From Alphaproteobacteria bacterium (GTDB lineage Bacteria; Pseudomonadota; Alphaproteobacteria; SP197): 64,000 bases of DNA. Of this stretch, positions 20,803-31,415 are shown in pieces. Under the pieces are notes generated by a model. The model searched no databases. It saw nothing but the letters and a program-made list of their open reading frames with translations, and had not been told where the DNA came from. Location of the stretch: contig OZ245842.1 in assembly GCA_965228895.1 (NCBI GenBank), forward strand, positions 4,896,001 to 4,960,000, written 5' to 3'. A program made the position numbers and the translations under genes. Each line of letters opens with the position of its first letter. The first letter of the stretch is position 1.

Positions 20803-22209
20803 CTAGTGGGTCTCCAGCCACGACACCACCGGGCCGGCGAAGCTGGTCGGCGCCGGGCTGACAATGCGGAAGCCGCCCCGTTCGATCTCGACAACCGCCA
20901 ATCCACGTTCGGGCACGCCGTTGGTCTTGAAGCGGAACAGGCCCTCGACACCGCCGAAGCCGCGCCAATCGGTCAACGCGGCATCGCTGAAATCGCCCGA
21001 GACGCCGTTGCGCATCAACGCCGCGGCCAGCGCCACGGCGTCATAGGTCAGGGTTGCCAGCCGGGGTGCTTCCTCGCCGTAGGTCTCTTCATAGCGCGCG
21101 AAGAACCACTCGCGCCGGTCCGACGGCGTGGTGGCGAACCAGGCACCCGCCAAGCCGGGCTCGGTCAGCAGCGTGGGATCTTCCCAGCTCGACAGTCCGA
21201 GGATCCGGACACTGCCGGGATCGACCCCATAGAACGAGAGATAACCGGCAAGGGTGCGCAGCTCGGCGCCTGATTCCGGCAGGAACAGCGCGTCGAAATC
21301 GAGCGTGCCGGCGATCTCCATCGTCTTCAGCCGTTCGATGGCCGCGCGCGAGACCTCATCATTCTGGGCCTGGAGCTCGGCGATCTGCGCGTTCAGTGCG
21401 GCGCGCCGGCCGTCATAGCTGGTGAAGCTCCGCACCACGTCGGCCAGATCCTGGGACGCGGGGTCATAAAACGAGACGCCGACAACCTCGACGCCATGGG
21501 TTTGGGCGGAATCGCGGAACGCCTGCACCATCTGGGAGCCGAACGACCCGCCGGGCGCCAAGGTGGCGAAGCGCGTGTAACCCTGTTCGGCGGCATAGCC
21601 GACAACACGGTCGACCTGCTGGAACGGATCGAGGCCCATGATGTAGGCGCCGTTGATCGCCGCGCGCCGGTCCGATGACAACGAGATCATGTTGATACCC
21701 GCCTGCCGGGCGACCCGTGATACCGCTTCGACATCGGTCGCGAACAGCGGGCCGACGATGAGATCCGGCCCGGCCGCGACGACGTCACGCGCGGCGTTCT
21801 CCGCGCCCATCGCGGTGCCTTCGGTATCGCGGACGATCAGCTCCAGATCGGGGCTGTTGATGTCGAACAAGGCAAGCGCTGCCGCATCGGCCATCGCCTG
21901 TCCCAGATCGGCATGCTGGCCCGTCAGCGGCAGCAGCAGGGCAATGCGTTTGACACCCGGCGCGGCGACGCCATAGGGCGTCAGCTCTTCGGGTGGCAGC
22001 GCGTTTTCGTCGACGATGACGGCCGGTTGGTCGAGAATGAGCGGCTCGGTGATCTCGGGCCGTTCGTCGACCGGCGACGTCTCCACCTTGGTCGGCTTGG
22101 CTTGACACGCAGCCAGCGCCATGAAGAGTGCCAGACTGATCGCCAGCCATGACACGCCGCGCCACCCCAACCGTTCCGCCCCAAAACACACTGCCATCGT
22201 GGTCACCAT
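20803..22209 (-). CDS. Penicillin-binding protein activator (LpoA/LppC-like) lipoprotein
   Basis: Lipobox LAAC, IALLLPLTG, IVGPLFA, GFGGVEGLFRF; typical position beside hemW. Confidence 0.8.
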   Translation of the reverse strand: MVTTMAVCFGAERLGWRGVSWLAISLALFMALAACQAKPTKVETSPVDERPEITEPLILDQPAVIVDENALPPEELTPYGVAAPGVKRIALLLPLTGQHADLGQAMADAAALALFDINSPDLELIVRDTEGTAMGAENAARDVVAAGPDLIVGPLFATDVEAVSRVARQAGINMISLSSDRRAAINGAYIMGLDPFQQVDRVVGYAAEQGYTRFATLAPGGSFGSQMVQAFRDSAQTHGVEVVGVSFYDPASQDLADVVRSFTSYDGRRAALNAQIAELQAQNDEVSRAAIERLKTMEIAGTLDFDALFLPESGAELRTLAGYLSFYGVDPGSVRILGLSSWEDPTLLTEPGLAGAWFATTPSDRREWFFARYEETYGEEAPRLATLTYDAVALAAALMRNGVSGDFSDAALTDWRGFGGVEGLFRFKTNGVPERGLAVVEIERGGFRIVSPAPTSFAGPVVSWLETH

Positions 22210-22303
22210 CCCTTTGCTCCGCGAACCTAACGGTCTGTCGCGGCGGAGTAAATCGCCGGTCCATGATAACTAGATTATCGGCGGAACTGTGGCTTGAGAG
22301 ACC

Positions 22304-22669
22304 TTGACCACAACCGACAAACGCCGGCGCGCGGAGGGTTTCGGCCGCTTCGGCGAAGCAGTGGCGGTCTGGCTGCTGCGTCTGAAGGGATATCGGATCG
22401 TCGAACGGCGCGCCCGCACGCCGGCCGGCGAGATCGACATCCTGGCGCGCCGCGGCCATGTCCTGGCGGCCGTCGAGGTCAAGGCACGCCGTATCCCGAG
22501 CGAGGAGATTGTTACCGGCCGTCAGCAACAAAGGATCGTGCGCGCGCTCGAAAGCTACGTCGCATATCGGCCACAGTTCCAAGGCTTTACTTGGCGCATC
22601 GATCTGATCGTCGTCAGGCCCTGGCGTTTGCCGCGCCACGAGGTCGACGCTTGGCGCGACGATCGGTGA
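22304..22669 (+). CDS. yraN: YraN family putative nuclease
   Basis: GRFGE, LKGYRIVERR, GEIDILA, AVEVKAR. Confidence 0.88.
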   Translation: MTTTDKRRRAEGFGRFGEAVAVWLLRLKGYRIVERRARTPAGEIDILARRGHVLAAVEVKARRIPSEEIVTGRQQQRIVRALESYVAYRPQFQGFTWRIDLIVVRPWRLPRHEVDAWRDDR

Positions 22670-22741
22670 GTTTTGGGTTATCTTGTATGTTGTGCGCGTG
22701 AGGGTACCCAAGATATAGAAATGTCCGAGGATGGTGCGGGA

Positions 22742-23350
22742 ATGTCGGCCATGGCGTTGCGTAGTCTGATCACGCTTTTGGTTTTGATGGCGGGCGCCCT
22801 GTCGCTGAGTGCTTGCGGGCCCGGGATCTGGCTTGGTGTTGGCGCCAAGGCCGGCGTCGCGGTCGCCGAAGAACGTTCGCTCGGCGATCAGGTCGAGGAT
22901 GCGACCTTGAAGGTCGAGATCAGTGAGCGCCTGTTCCGCTATAGCGAAGAACTGTTCCAGGACGTTTCCGTCGACGTCACTGAGGGTCGCGTCTTGCTGG
23001 CCGGCGTCGTCGCGACACCGGAAGACCGGGTCGACGCGGTACGCCTGACCTGGCAGGTTGACGGCATCAAGGAGGTCGCGAACGAGATCCAGGTCACCGA
23101 AGGCGGCATCGGGTACTACGCCGACGACGTCTGGATCTCGACCCAGCTGCGCAACGATCTGTTGTGGGACAAGGACGTCGCTTCGATCAACTACAACGTC
23201 GAAACGGTGCACGGCATCGTCTACCTCACCGGCATCGCCAAATCGCAGGCCGAGTTGAACCGGGTTGTCGCCCACGCCCGTACGATCCCCAAGGTGCGCG
23301 ATATCGTCAGCTACGTCCGCGTGTTGCCGGCCTCGCAAGCGGCTGGATGA
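22742..23350 (+). CDS. Dual-BON domain lipoprotein (DolP/YraP-like)
   Basis: Lipobox LSAC; two BON repeats (VTEGRVLLAG, TVHGIVYLTG); start uncertain. Confidence 0.85.
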   Translation: MSAMALRSLITLLVLMAGALSLSACGPGIWLGVGAKAGVAVAEERSLGDQVEDATLKVEISERLFRYSEELFQDVSVDVTEGRVLLAGVVATPEDRVDAVRLTWQVDGIKEVANEIQVTEGGIGYYADDVWISTQLRNDLLWDKDVASINYNVETVHGIVYLTGIAKSQAELNRVVAHARTIPKVRDIVSYVRVLPASQAAG

Positions 23351-23479
23351 CCGATACGGCGCGTTGTCGGGTCAACAAGTTTCCGCTTGATCCCATGAGG
23401 TGAGCTTGTGAAGTTGCCAAGAGCACGCGATCTGATCCGCGGCTTCACGTCGCGCTAGCTGCCATAACGGGAACCTGAC

Positions 23480-24427
23480 ATGAGCCTTGCGGTCGCGATC
23501 CAGATGGATCCCATCGAGACGATCGACATCGATGCCGACAGCACCTTTGTCCTGGCGCTGGAGGCGCAGGAGCGCGGTCACGGCCTTTACCACTATATGC
23601 CGAGCGACCTGATCTTCCGTGACGGCCGTGTCTCGGCCTATGCGCGCCCGCTTGTGGTGCGGCGCGAGAAAGGCAACCACGCGACGCTCGGCAAGGGACA
23701 GCTGATCGACCTGTCGATCATGGACGTGGTGCTGATGCGCCAAGACCCGCCCTTCGATATGTCCTACATCACCGCGACCCATCTCTTAGAGCACATCCAT
23801 CCTGCGACCCTGGTGGTGAACGACCCGGCCCATGTGCGCAACGCCCCGGAGAAATTGTTCGTCACCCATTTCGACGGCGTGATGCCGCCGACGCTGATCA
23901 CGTCGAACGCCGAGGCCGTGCGCGACTTTCGCGCCGATCACAAGGACATCATCGTCAAGCCGCTCTACGGCAACGGTGGCGCCGGCGTGTTCCACGTGAC
24001 GCCGGACGACGAGAACCTGAACGCGCTCCTGGAAATGTTCACGGCGATGTACCGCGAACCGGTCATCGTGCAGCGCTACCTGCCGGAGGTCCGGGCGGGC
24101 GACAAGCGCATCATCCTGATCGATGGCAAGCCGGCCGGTGCGATCAACCGGGTGCCGCCGGCAGGTGAAGCCCGCTCGAACATGCACGCCGGCGGCAAAC
24201 CGCTGGCCGCGACACTGACCAAACGCGAACGCGAGATCTGCGATGCCATCGCGCCGGCGCTTGTCGAGCGCGGCCTCATCTTTGTCGGTATCGACGTCAT
24301 CGGCGACTATCTGACCGAGATCAACGTGACGTCACCGACCGGTTTGCAGGAGATCAACCGGTATGACGGCGTGAAGCTGGAGGCTGATATCTGGGACGCG
24401 ATCGAGAAGCGGCGCAACGGCCGCTAA
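23480..24427 (+). CDS. gshB: Glutathione synthase
   Basis: [32 protein letters not shown]. Confidence 0.97.
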   Translation: MSLAVAIQMDPIETIDIDADSTFVLALEAQERGHGLYHYMPSDLIFRDGRVSAYARPLVVRREKGNHATLGKGQLIDLSIMDVVLMRQDPPFDMSYITATHLLEHIHPATLVVNDPAHVRNAPEKLFVTHFDGVMPPTLITSNAEAVRDFRADHKDIIVKPLYGNGGAGVFHVTPDDENLNALLEMFTAMYREPVIVQRYLPEVRAGDKRIILIDGKPAGAINRVPPAGEARSNMHAGGKPLAATLTKREREICDAIAPALVERGLIFVGIDVIGDYLTEINVTSPTGLQEINRYDGVKLEADIWDAIEKRRNGR

Positions 24428-24446
24428 CCACGATCCGCTCTCGCGG

Positions 24447-24917
24447 TCACGACTTGGTCTTGACCACCAGTTCCTGGAGTTCGCCAAGCGCCTGATCAAT
24501 CGCGCGATCAACCTCGTCGAACAATGTTCGAGACGCGGTGACTTCCGCCGCTTGCGCGGCTTTTTGCAGCTTGTCGCATAGCTCTGACGTCGCGAGAGCA
24601 CCCAGGCTGCCGGAGACCGACACCAGCATATGAGCCGACCGATAGAGTGCCTCGAAGTCGCCGCTGGCAAGCGCGGTGCGCATGGCTTCGCGGTGATGAT
24701 TGGCGTGGTCGGTGAAGTCGCGGATGAAATGGCTGACCTTCTGCCAACCTATCGCGTCCGCCAGCGACCGCAGGGTCTCGTGATCCAAAACGGGAGCATC
24801 CGATACCTGCATGTCACCGGCTGAGGTCTTGACGTGGGATTGGGGGTTGGCGTGAGTCACCGTTGTTCTCTTGGTGGTCAAGACCGCGTCACCCCTTTCA
24901 TGTGGTGCGGCCATCAT
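24447..24917 (-). CDS. Stand-alone Hpt phosphotransfer domain protein
   Basis: Helical bundle with YRSAHMLVSVSGSLGA, a variant of the AHxLKGS..GA motif. Confidence 0.7.
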   Translation of the reverse strand: MMAAPHERGDAVLTTKRTTVTHANPQSHVKTSAGDMQVSDAPVLDHETLRSLADAIGWQKVSHFIRDFTDHANHHREAMRTALASGDFEALYRSAHMLVSVSGSLGALATSELCDKLQKAAQAAEVTASRTLFDEVDRAIDQALGELQELVVKTKS

Positions 24918-25020
24918 AGGCGACCATTGACGGTCGTCACAGTACCGAGATGTTGATGATCTCTTTGGATCGATTCCGGCTCACGCGAAATCGGCGCTAG
25001 CCGACTAAACCTTCAACACC

Positions 25021-26631
25021 CTAGCGGTCCGCTCCGGTCGGCAGCGGTTCGGGCGCCGGCGGTTCATCCAACGTCGTGATGCGTTCCGGCACCGCCTGTC
25101 TGCGTCGTCGGAAAATGAACACGGCGGGGATCAGGGCAAGCGCCATCAGACAGGTCGCGAAGAACGCATTGTTATAGGCGATCATCACCGACTGTCGATG
25201 GATCTCCGCCTCCAGCATGGCGAGGGTGGCGGGGTCGGCAAGATCCATGGCGCGCTCGATCGGGCCATAACCGAACAACTGATTAAACGGATGGATCGCT
25301 TCGGTCAGGATCGAGTGATTGATTTGCGAATCCCGGCTGTGTTGGCCGACGATCGCGGCGACACCGACCGAACTGCCCAATTCGAAGACCAGGTAGAACA
25401 GCGCATAGCCCTGGTCCTGATTGCGTTTGGCGAGACCGGAGAGCGTCAACGTGCTGAGCGGCACCCAGATGAAACTGCCGCCGAAACCTTGGATGGCATT
25501 GGTCCACATGACGTCCGTGGCGCGCACTTCGACGGTCCACTGCGCCATGTACCAGGCCGGCACCGCCATCAGCACCAGACCGAAGGTGATCATGAAGCGG
25601 GGGTTGATCAGATGCGCGATGCGCCCGACCAGGATCAGGCCAAGCAGGATGCCGCCACCACGCCACATCATCATCCTGCCGGTCTCGACCGGCGGGTAAC
25701 CGCCGATCTGCTGCAGCATCAGCGGCATCAGGAAGTTGGGCAACACGATCAACGCGCCGATGACGGCGATGAAGACGATGCCGGTCATGTAGTTGCGGTC
25801 GAGAAACAGCGCGCGGTCGACGAACGGGTTCTTGGCGAACACCGTGTGGACGGCAAACAGGTAGAGCAGAATGCAGGCCGCCATCATCTCGATGATGACT
25901 TCGGCGGAATCGAACCAGTCCTGGCGTTCGCCGCGCGCCAGCGCCAGTTGCAGCAGGCTGGCGCCCAACACAAGGGTCGTGAAGCCAACCCAGTCGAAAT
26001 GTCTGGTCTTGTCTGCGGGTGTCGAGGGCACAAAGATCGCGGCACCGATGAAGGCGATGATGCCGACCGGGATCGTGATGTAGAAGACCCACGGCCAGCT
26101 GTAGTACTCCAGGATAAAACCGCCGCCGATCGGGCCGGCGACGCTGCCCAGCATGACGCCGATGCCCCAGATCGAGGTCGCCTGGCCGTGACGTTCCGGC
26201 GGGAAGGCATCGACCACGATGGCCTGGCCCAGGGGAATCAGCGACGCGCCGACCAGACCCTGGGCAAAGCGCCAGATCGATTCCTCGATCAGCGTCGTCG
26301 CCATGCCGCAACCGACAAGCGAAATCGTGTAACCGGCGGTGGCGAACAGAAAGAGGTTCTTGCGCCCGAAACGCGCCGAGAACCAGCCGGTGCTGGCGGT
26401 CATCACCGCCGAACCGACCATGAAGGCAATCAGGACCCAGGCGATCTGATCGCTGGTGGTCGAGAACGTGCCCTGCATGTGGGGCAACGCGACCGCCACC
26501 ACGGTCCAGGTAAAATCGTAAGCCGTCGTTGCCAGCGTGGCGAAGGTAACCAGCAGGACAAATCTAAGGCCGGTCGGGCGCGCCGGCGTCGCAGGCGCCG
26601 GCGCAGCGACCGCAACGTCGCTGGCGCTCAC
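25021..26631 (-). CDS. DHA2 family (EmrB-like) MFS efflux permease
   Basis: About 14 TM; VALPHMQG, FGRKNLF, GPIGGG, FDWVGF, RGERQDWFDS. Confidence 0.92.
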   Translation of the reverse strand: MSASDVAVAAPAPATPARPTGLRFVLLVTFATLATTAYDFTWTVVAVALPHMQGTFSTTSDQIAWVLIAFMVGSAVMTASTGWFSARFGRKNLFLFATAGYTISLVGCGMATTLIEESIWRFAQGLVGASLIPLGQAIVVDAFPPERHGQATSIWGIGVMLGSVAGPIGGGFILEYYSWPWVFYITIPVGIIAFIGAAIFVPSTPADKTRHFDWVGFTTLVLGASLLQLALARGERQDWFDSAEVIIEMMAACILLYLFAVHTVFAKNPFVDRALFLDRNYMTGIVFIAVIGALIVLPNFLMPLMLQQIGGYPPVETGRMMMWRGGGILLGLILVGRIAHLINPRFMITFGLVLMAVPAWYMAQWTVEVRATDVMWTNAIQGFGGSFIWVPLSTLTLSGLAKRNQDQGYALFYLVFELGSSVGVAAIVGQHSRDSQINHSILTEAIHPFNQLFGYGPIERAMDLADPATLAMLEAEIHRQSVMIAYNNAFFATCLMALALIPAVFIFRRRRQAVPERITTLDEPPAPEPLPTGADR

Positions 26632-27704
26632 TGACTCGGCAGGACGTCGGCCAGAACGCCCTGCACGATGCTGCCGAGATCGCGGGTGTGGCCGGTGTCG
26701 ATGCTGACCGAGACGGTCATGCCCGAACGCAGGCGCGAGAGGTCGTGGTCCGGCTCAAGTTCCAGGCGCAGCGGTACGCGCTGCACGACCTTGACCCAGT
26801 TGCCGGTCGCGTTCTGCGGCGGCAGCAGGGCGAACTCGGCGCCGGTCGCCGGGCTGATGCCGGCGACCGTGGCGCGCCATTCTTCGTCGGGAAAGGCATC
26901 AACCACCACCGTCGCGTCCTGACCGGCTTCGACATGGGTCAGGTCGACTTCCTTCAAGTTCACCTCGACCCATGGCGCGCCGTTGGCGACCAGCGCGAAC
27001 ACCGGCTCGCCCGCCTCGACATATTCGCCACCCTCCAGACCGACATCGCTCAACAAGCCGCCGACCGGCGCGATCACCAGGGTGTGGGAAAGGTCGAGCG
27101 CGGCGCGGTCGCGCGCCGCCAGCGCGCTCATGTAGAGCGGGTGGACCTCAGGCGGCAGATCGGGGCTGCCGCCCATCTGCGCCAACACCATGTCGTTCTG
27201 CTGGGTCAGGACATCGATCTCGCGCCGGGCCATGGCGAGGTCGTGTTCGGCCTCCTCAAGCTTCGCGCGCGCGCCGATGCCGTCAGCCTCAAGCGAGACC
27301 TGGCGTTCGTACTCCAATGTTAGAAAACGAACGCGCTCGCGCGCCACGTTGATGGCGGCTTCTCCCTGGCGATACTCGGCGGCCAAGGACTGCAGGCGGT
27401 GCTTGATGTTCTGAAGGTCCGCCTCGGCCGCCGCCAGCGCGATGCCGAACGGCGCGGGGTCGATCTCGAACAGGAGCTGGCCTTCTTCGACCGACTGGTA
27501 GTCCCTGACATAGACCTCGGAGACCCGGCCATCGATCTCGCTGCCTATGTGGATGATCTCAGCCTTGACGTAGGCGTTCTCGGCGGTGACGTAGCGCCCG
27601 CCGCTGGCATAGAGCCAAGCGGCCACCACCAACACCGCGACCGGCACGCCGATCATGAGAATCGCGCGAAGGACAAATCGCCTTGTCCGCGCCACCAACG
27701 ACAT
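26628..27704 (-). CDS. HlyD/EmrA family membrane fusion protein
   Basis: TAENAYV, SPATGAEFALLPPQNATGNWVKVVQRVP; start reassigned to MSLVAR after GGAG. Confidence 0.93.
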   Translation of the reverse strand: MSLVARTRRFVLRAILMIGVPVAVLVVAAWLYASGGRYVTAENAYVKAEIIHIGSEIDGRVSEVYVRDYQSVEEGQLLFEIDPAPFGIALAAAEADLQNIKHRLQSLAAEYRQGEAAINVARERVRFLTLEYERQVSLEADGIGARAKLEEAEHDLAMARREIDVLTQQNDMVLAQMGGSPDLPPEVHPLYMSALAARDRAALDLSHTLVIAPVGGLLSDVGLEGGEYVEAGEPVFALVANGAPWVEVNLKEVDLTHVEAGQDATVVVDAFPDEEWRATVAGISPATGAEFALLPPQNATGNWVKVVQRVPLRLELEPDHDLSRLRSGMTVSVSIDTGHTRDLGSIVQGVLADVLPSQ

Positions 27705-27873
27705 GTGCACTCCGCCCAACCTGCGCCCGGCGGACGCCTGGACTGGCGACCTGGCCGGCGAGGCTTCTTTTTTGCTTCCTATCGCGAAGCCCGGCCCTTG
27801 GCAATCAGCCTTACAGGTAGGGTCCGCGACCATTCCGGAGCCGAATTGGCGCTCCGCGTGGTAACGTCACGTC

Positions 27874-28605
27874 ATGTCCGAACTCAGGGAGACCGACCTT
27901 TACCCGCCCGTCAAACGTTTTCTGGAGGGCCAGGGATACGAGGTGAAGGCCGAAATCGCCGATAATGACGTCGTCGCGATCCGCGGCGACGAACCGCCGG
28001 TGGTTGTGGAACTGAAGACCGCTTTCACCCTGGCACTTGTGTTTCAGGGCATCGGCCGTCAGAAACTCACCGATCAGGTCTATCTGGCCATCCCCGATCC
28101 CGGCCGCGTCTCGCACCGCTCGTTATGGGGCCGCCACTACCGCGACATCATCAAGCTGTGCGGTTTGCTGGGCCTGGGTCTGATGACGGTCGCCACCGGC
28201 AAGAAAGGCAACGGCCTGGTCGAGGTGCACCTGGACCCCGGCCCCTACCGGCCGCGCCAAAGCAAGGCCCGGCAGGCCATGTTGCTGGGCGAGTTCCAGC
28301 GCCGGGTCGGCGATCACAACACCGGTGGCAGCACAAGGCGCGGCATCGTCACCGCCTATCGCCAGGATGCGCTTCGCTGCGCCATGCATCTGCAAGAGAC
28401 CGGGCCGTCGAAAGCCAGCACGGTTGCCGAGGCGACCGGTGTCGACCGCGCACGCGCCATCCTCTACCGCGACGTCTACGGCTGGTTCCAGCGTGTCGAG
28501 CGTGGCGTCTACGATCTGACCCCGGTCGGCGCCGAAGGACTCAAGACCTATGCCGACGCGGTCGCGGCACTGGCCTCGCAAGATACACCGACACCGTCCA
28601 GCTGA
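27874..28605 (+). CDS. DUF2161 putative PD-(D/E)XK phosphodiesterase
   Basis: RETDLYPPVKRFLEGQGYEVK, VELK, TAYRQDAL, YGWFQRVERGVY. Confidence 0.85.
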   Translation: MSELRETDLYPPVKRFLEGQGYEVKAEIADNDVVAIRGDEPPVVVELKTAFTLALVFQGIGRQKLTDQVYLAIPDPGRVSHRSLWGRHYRDIIKLCGLLGLGLMTVATGKKGNGLVEVHLDPGPYRPRQSKARQAMLLGEFQRRVGDHNTGGSTRRGIVTAYRQDALRCAMHLQETGPSKASTVAEATGVDRARAILYRDVYGWFQRVERGVYDLTPVGAEGLKTYADAVAALASQDTPTPSS

Positions 28606-28679
28606 TTGAGAAGGCGGTCGCGTCGCGAAGCAGGAGTTCGTGTTACTGTCGCCATGGTTGCGCAGGAATGAGGTGCATC

Positions 28680-29594
28680 ATGAAGGTCGTCACCTACAAC
28701 ATCCAGTACACGCGCGGGAAAGACGATCGCTACGACGTCGAGCGCATCGTTGACGCGGTGAAGGGCGCTGACATCATCGCGCTGCAGGAGGTGGAGCGGT
28801 TTTTGGTCCGCACGCGCATGACGGACCAAGTTGAAGAGATTGCTGCCCTGATGCCGGACCTCTATTGGATCTACGGACCCGCGGTTGATCTGGCGGTTGT
28901 CGATGTGGGCGCAAGCGGCAAGGTGGACAACCGGCGAAGCCAGCATGGCAACATGCTGCTGTCGCGCTGGCCGATCGTGTCATCGCGCAACCACCTGATG
29001 CCCTTCATGGGGACGACAACCCATGACAATGCGCAGGCCTGTGCACTTGAGGGGGTCATCTCAACCGGCGACCGCACCGTTCGGTTCTATTCACTGCACC
29101 TGTCGCACCTTTCCGAGAAAGAGCGATTGGTGCAGGTCGACTGGCTGCTCGACCTTAACAGACGTGTATGGCTTGAAGGCGGTGTTTGGAACTTTGATCC
29201 AAGTCCACGCGGTGAGATAGACGTCGACGATGACCGCGTAGAGCTGACGCCACCGCCGATGCCATTCGACGCCGTCTATATGGGCGACTTCAATTTCCAC
29301 GGCGGCGAGCCGCAGGACCCCGAGTACAGCAAGCTCGTCGGGCCGTTGGATCCGGACTACGGGCGGATCGGTTTTCGCGACACCCTGGTCGATGCCTGGA
29401 CCGCCGCCGGCAACAAGGAGACCGACGGCATCACCTATCCCGCCAACGAACGCTACAGCAGCACCGACACCGGCTGGCGCCTCGACTATGTCTTTGTGAC
29501 GCCGACGCTTGCGTCGTCGGTCAAGGCCGCGTGGATCGACAACGCTGCTCAGGGTTCCGACCACCAGCCCATGTGGGCCGAACTCGATCTTTGA
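28680..29594 (+). CDS. Endonuclease/exonuclease/phosphatase family protein
   Basis: TYNI, IALQEV, MGDFN, RLDYVF, GSDH; GAGG RBS. Confidence 0.9.
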   Translation: MKVVTYNIQYTRGKDDRYDVERIVDAVKGADIIALQEVERFLVRTRMTDQVEEIAALMPDLYWIYGPAVDLAVVDVGASGKVDNRRSQHGNMLLSRWPIVSSRNHLMPFMGTTTHDNAQACALEGVISTGDRTVRFYSLHLSHLSEKERLVQVDWLLDLNRRVWLEGGVWNFDPSPRGEIDVDDDRVELTPPPMPFDAVYMGDFNFHGGEPQDPEYSKLVGPLDPDYGRIGFRDTLVDAWTAAGNKETDGITYPANERYSSTDTGWRLDYVFVTPTLASSVKAAWIDNAAQGSDHQPMWAELDL

Positions 29595-29606
29595 TCGACG
29601 GCTGCC

Positions 29607-30383
29607 CTAACGCCCCCGCCACACCGGCGGGCGTTTTTCGGTGAAGGCGCGCGGGCCTTCCTTGGCGTCGTCGCTGTTGTTGGCCAGCGCCTTGGCCGGC
29701 AGACCACCGGCTTCGTCCAGGTCATAGGCCGCTTGCGGTGTGAGCGCGCCGACCTTGGTTACCATCTGCTTCATGGCGGCGACAGAGAGCGGCGCTGAAG
29801 CGATGACGCGCTCGGCAAGCGCGTGAGCCGCCGGCATCAGATCGCCTCGGGCTACGACGTCGCTGACCAGTCCATAGCGCAGCGCGTCGGCCGCATCGAT
29901 GCGCCGGCCCGTATAGAGCATGTCGACAGCCAGCGCGTGGGGTATCCGCTGGCACAGCCGTGACACTGACGCCGACGCCACGGTCAGGCCCAGCGTTGCC
30001 TCTGACAGAAAGAACGTCGCGTTGTCGGCGGCGATCATGAAATCGGCGGCCAGCGCGATCTCGAACCCGCCGGCGACGCAGGCGCCGTTGACGGCGGCGA
30101 TCACCGGCTTCTCCAGGTCGAAACGCGACATCAGACCGCCGAAACCGCCGGGACCGTAATCCTGATCCTCATCCTCCGCGGTGGCGAGATCCCAGCCCGC
30201 CGAAAAGATACGCTCGCCCGCGCCGGTCAGGATCGCGACACGCAGGTCGGGATCAGCCTGGAAGTCGTCGAAGGCAGCCGCCATGGCGCGGCTGGTCTTG
30301 GCATCGATGGCGTTGGCCTTTGGCCGGTCAAGGGTGATGACGAGAACCTGGTCGTGGCGTTCCAGGCGAAGGGCTTCGGACAT
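29607..30383 (-). CDS. Enoyl-CoA hydratase/isomerase (CaiD-like)
   Basis: RPKANAID, FSAGWDL, KPVIAAVNG..GGFE, EGPRAFTEKR. Confidence 0.9.
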   Translation of the reverse strand: MSEALRLERHDQVLVITLDRPKANAIDAKTSRAMAAAFDDFQADPDLRVAILTGAGERIFSAGWDLATAEDEDQDYGPGGFGGLMSRFDLEKPVIAAVNGACVAGGFEIALAADFMIAADNATFFLSEATLGLTVASASVSRLCQRIPHALAVDMLYTGRRIDAADALRYGLVSDVVARGDLMPAAHALAERVIASAPLSVAAMKQMVTKVGALTPQAAYDLDEAGGLPAKALANNSDDAKEGPRAFTEKRPPVWRGR

Positions 30384-30425
30384 GGTGAGCTCCAAGAGTT
30401 TGTCGGTGCGGCGTCTGTGGTCAGT

Positions 30426-31349
30426 CTAAAGCAGGCCGCGGCGGTTACGGTCGGCCCAGACATAGAGCATGTCGAGACACAGGGTGGCGCCGGCCAGCGC
30501 GGTAATCTCGCTTTGATCATAGGCCGGGCAAACCTCGACGAGATCCATGCCGACCACATCGAGATCGACGAGGCTGCGGATGATCTGCAGAGCCGTGTTG
30601 GTGGTCATGCCGCCGACCACGGGCGTGCCGGTGCCCGGCGCGAAGGCGGGATCAAGACCGTCGATATCGAAGCTGACATAGACCTTGCGGTCGCCGATCA
30701 CCTGTTTGATCCGTTCGCTGGTTGCGACGGGCCCGTTGTTGTTGACCCAGTCCGCACCCAGAACCTCGAAGGCGTGGCCGTCGCGGTCGTAGTCGGTGCG
30801 AATGCCGACCTGGACCGAGTGCGCCGGATCGACCAGGCCTTCTTGGACCGCGTGATAAAACATCGTGCCGTGGTTGTAGTCCTCGCCCTTGTAGGTGTCG
30901 GTGTGGGCGTCGAAATGCAGCAACGAGACGGGCCCGTGATGCCGGGCGATCGAACGCAGCAGCGGCAGCGCGACATAATGGTCGCCGCCAAAACTCATGA
31001 CACGTTTACCGGCCGTCAGGATTGCGTCGGTGCGCTGTTCGACACCTTCGACCATGGTGGCGGGAACGCCGGTCTGGCCGTAGATGTCGCCGGCGTCTTC
31101 GACCTTCAGCGCCGATTTGAGTTCGAACGTCCAGGGCCAGCGTGCCTCTTCAAACGACAGATTGGGCGAAACGAGGCGTATCGCGCGCGGTCCCTCACGG
31201 GTACCGGCGCGCCCGACCGTCGCAAGGTCGAACGGAATCCCTTGAATGATGACATCGGCCTTCGACGTCGCGACATCGGTGCATGACGGAAAACCCATGA
31301 ACGTCGAGACGAGTTCATAGGCGGGAAGGTCGGCGTCGATTTCGGTCAT
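30426..31349 (-). CDS. speB: Agmatinase / ureohydrolase
   Basis: GGDH, HFDAHTD, SFDIDGLDPAFAPGTGTP. Confidence 0.85.
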   Translation of the reverse strand: MTEIDADLPAYELVSTFMGFPSCTDVATSKADVIIQGIPFDLATVGRAGTREGPRAIRLVSPNLSFEEARWPWTFELKSALKVEDAGDIYGQTGVPATMVEGVEQRTDAILTAGKRVMSFGGDHYVALPLLRSIARHHGPVSLLHFDAHTDTYKGEDYNHGTMFYHAVQEGLVDPAHSVQVGIRTDYDRDGHAFEVLGADWVNNNGPVATSERIKQVIGDRKVYVSFDIDGLDPAFAPGTGTPVVGGMTTNTALQIIRSLVDLDVVGMDLVEVCPAYDQSEITALAGATLCLDMLYVWADRNRRGLL

Positions 31350-31388
31350 GGCGGGTTTCCCGAGGCAATGTGATCGACCGAAGCCAAC

Positions 31389-31415
31389 CTAGAGCAAGAT
31401 CGGCCGCGATTGAAT
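31389..31415. repeat. Degenerate half-copy of the CTAGAGCA palindrome family
   Basis: CTAGAGCAAGATCGGCCGCGATTGAAT compared with array CTAGAGCAGATCCCACCTCGATTGAAT. Confidence 0.45.

Noticed and set aside
23433-23458. TGATCC upstream of gshB as another ECF11 promoter (also GATCC near 37693)
   Set aside because: After N16 the sequence is CTAG rather than CGTA; the 37693 case has N18 spacing
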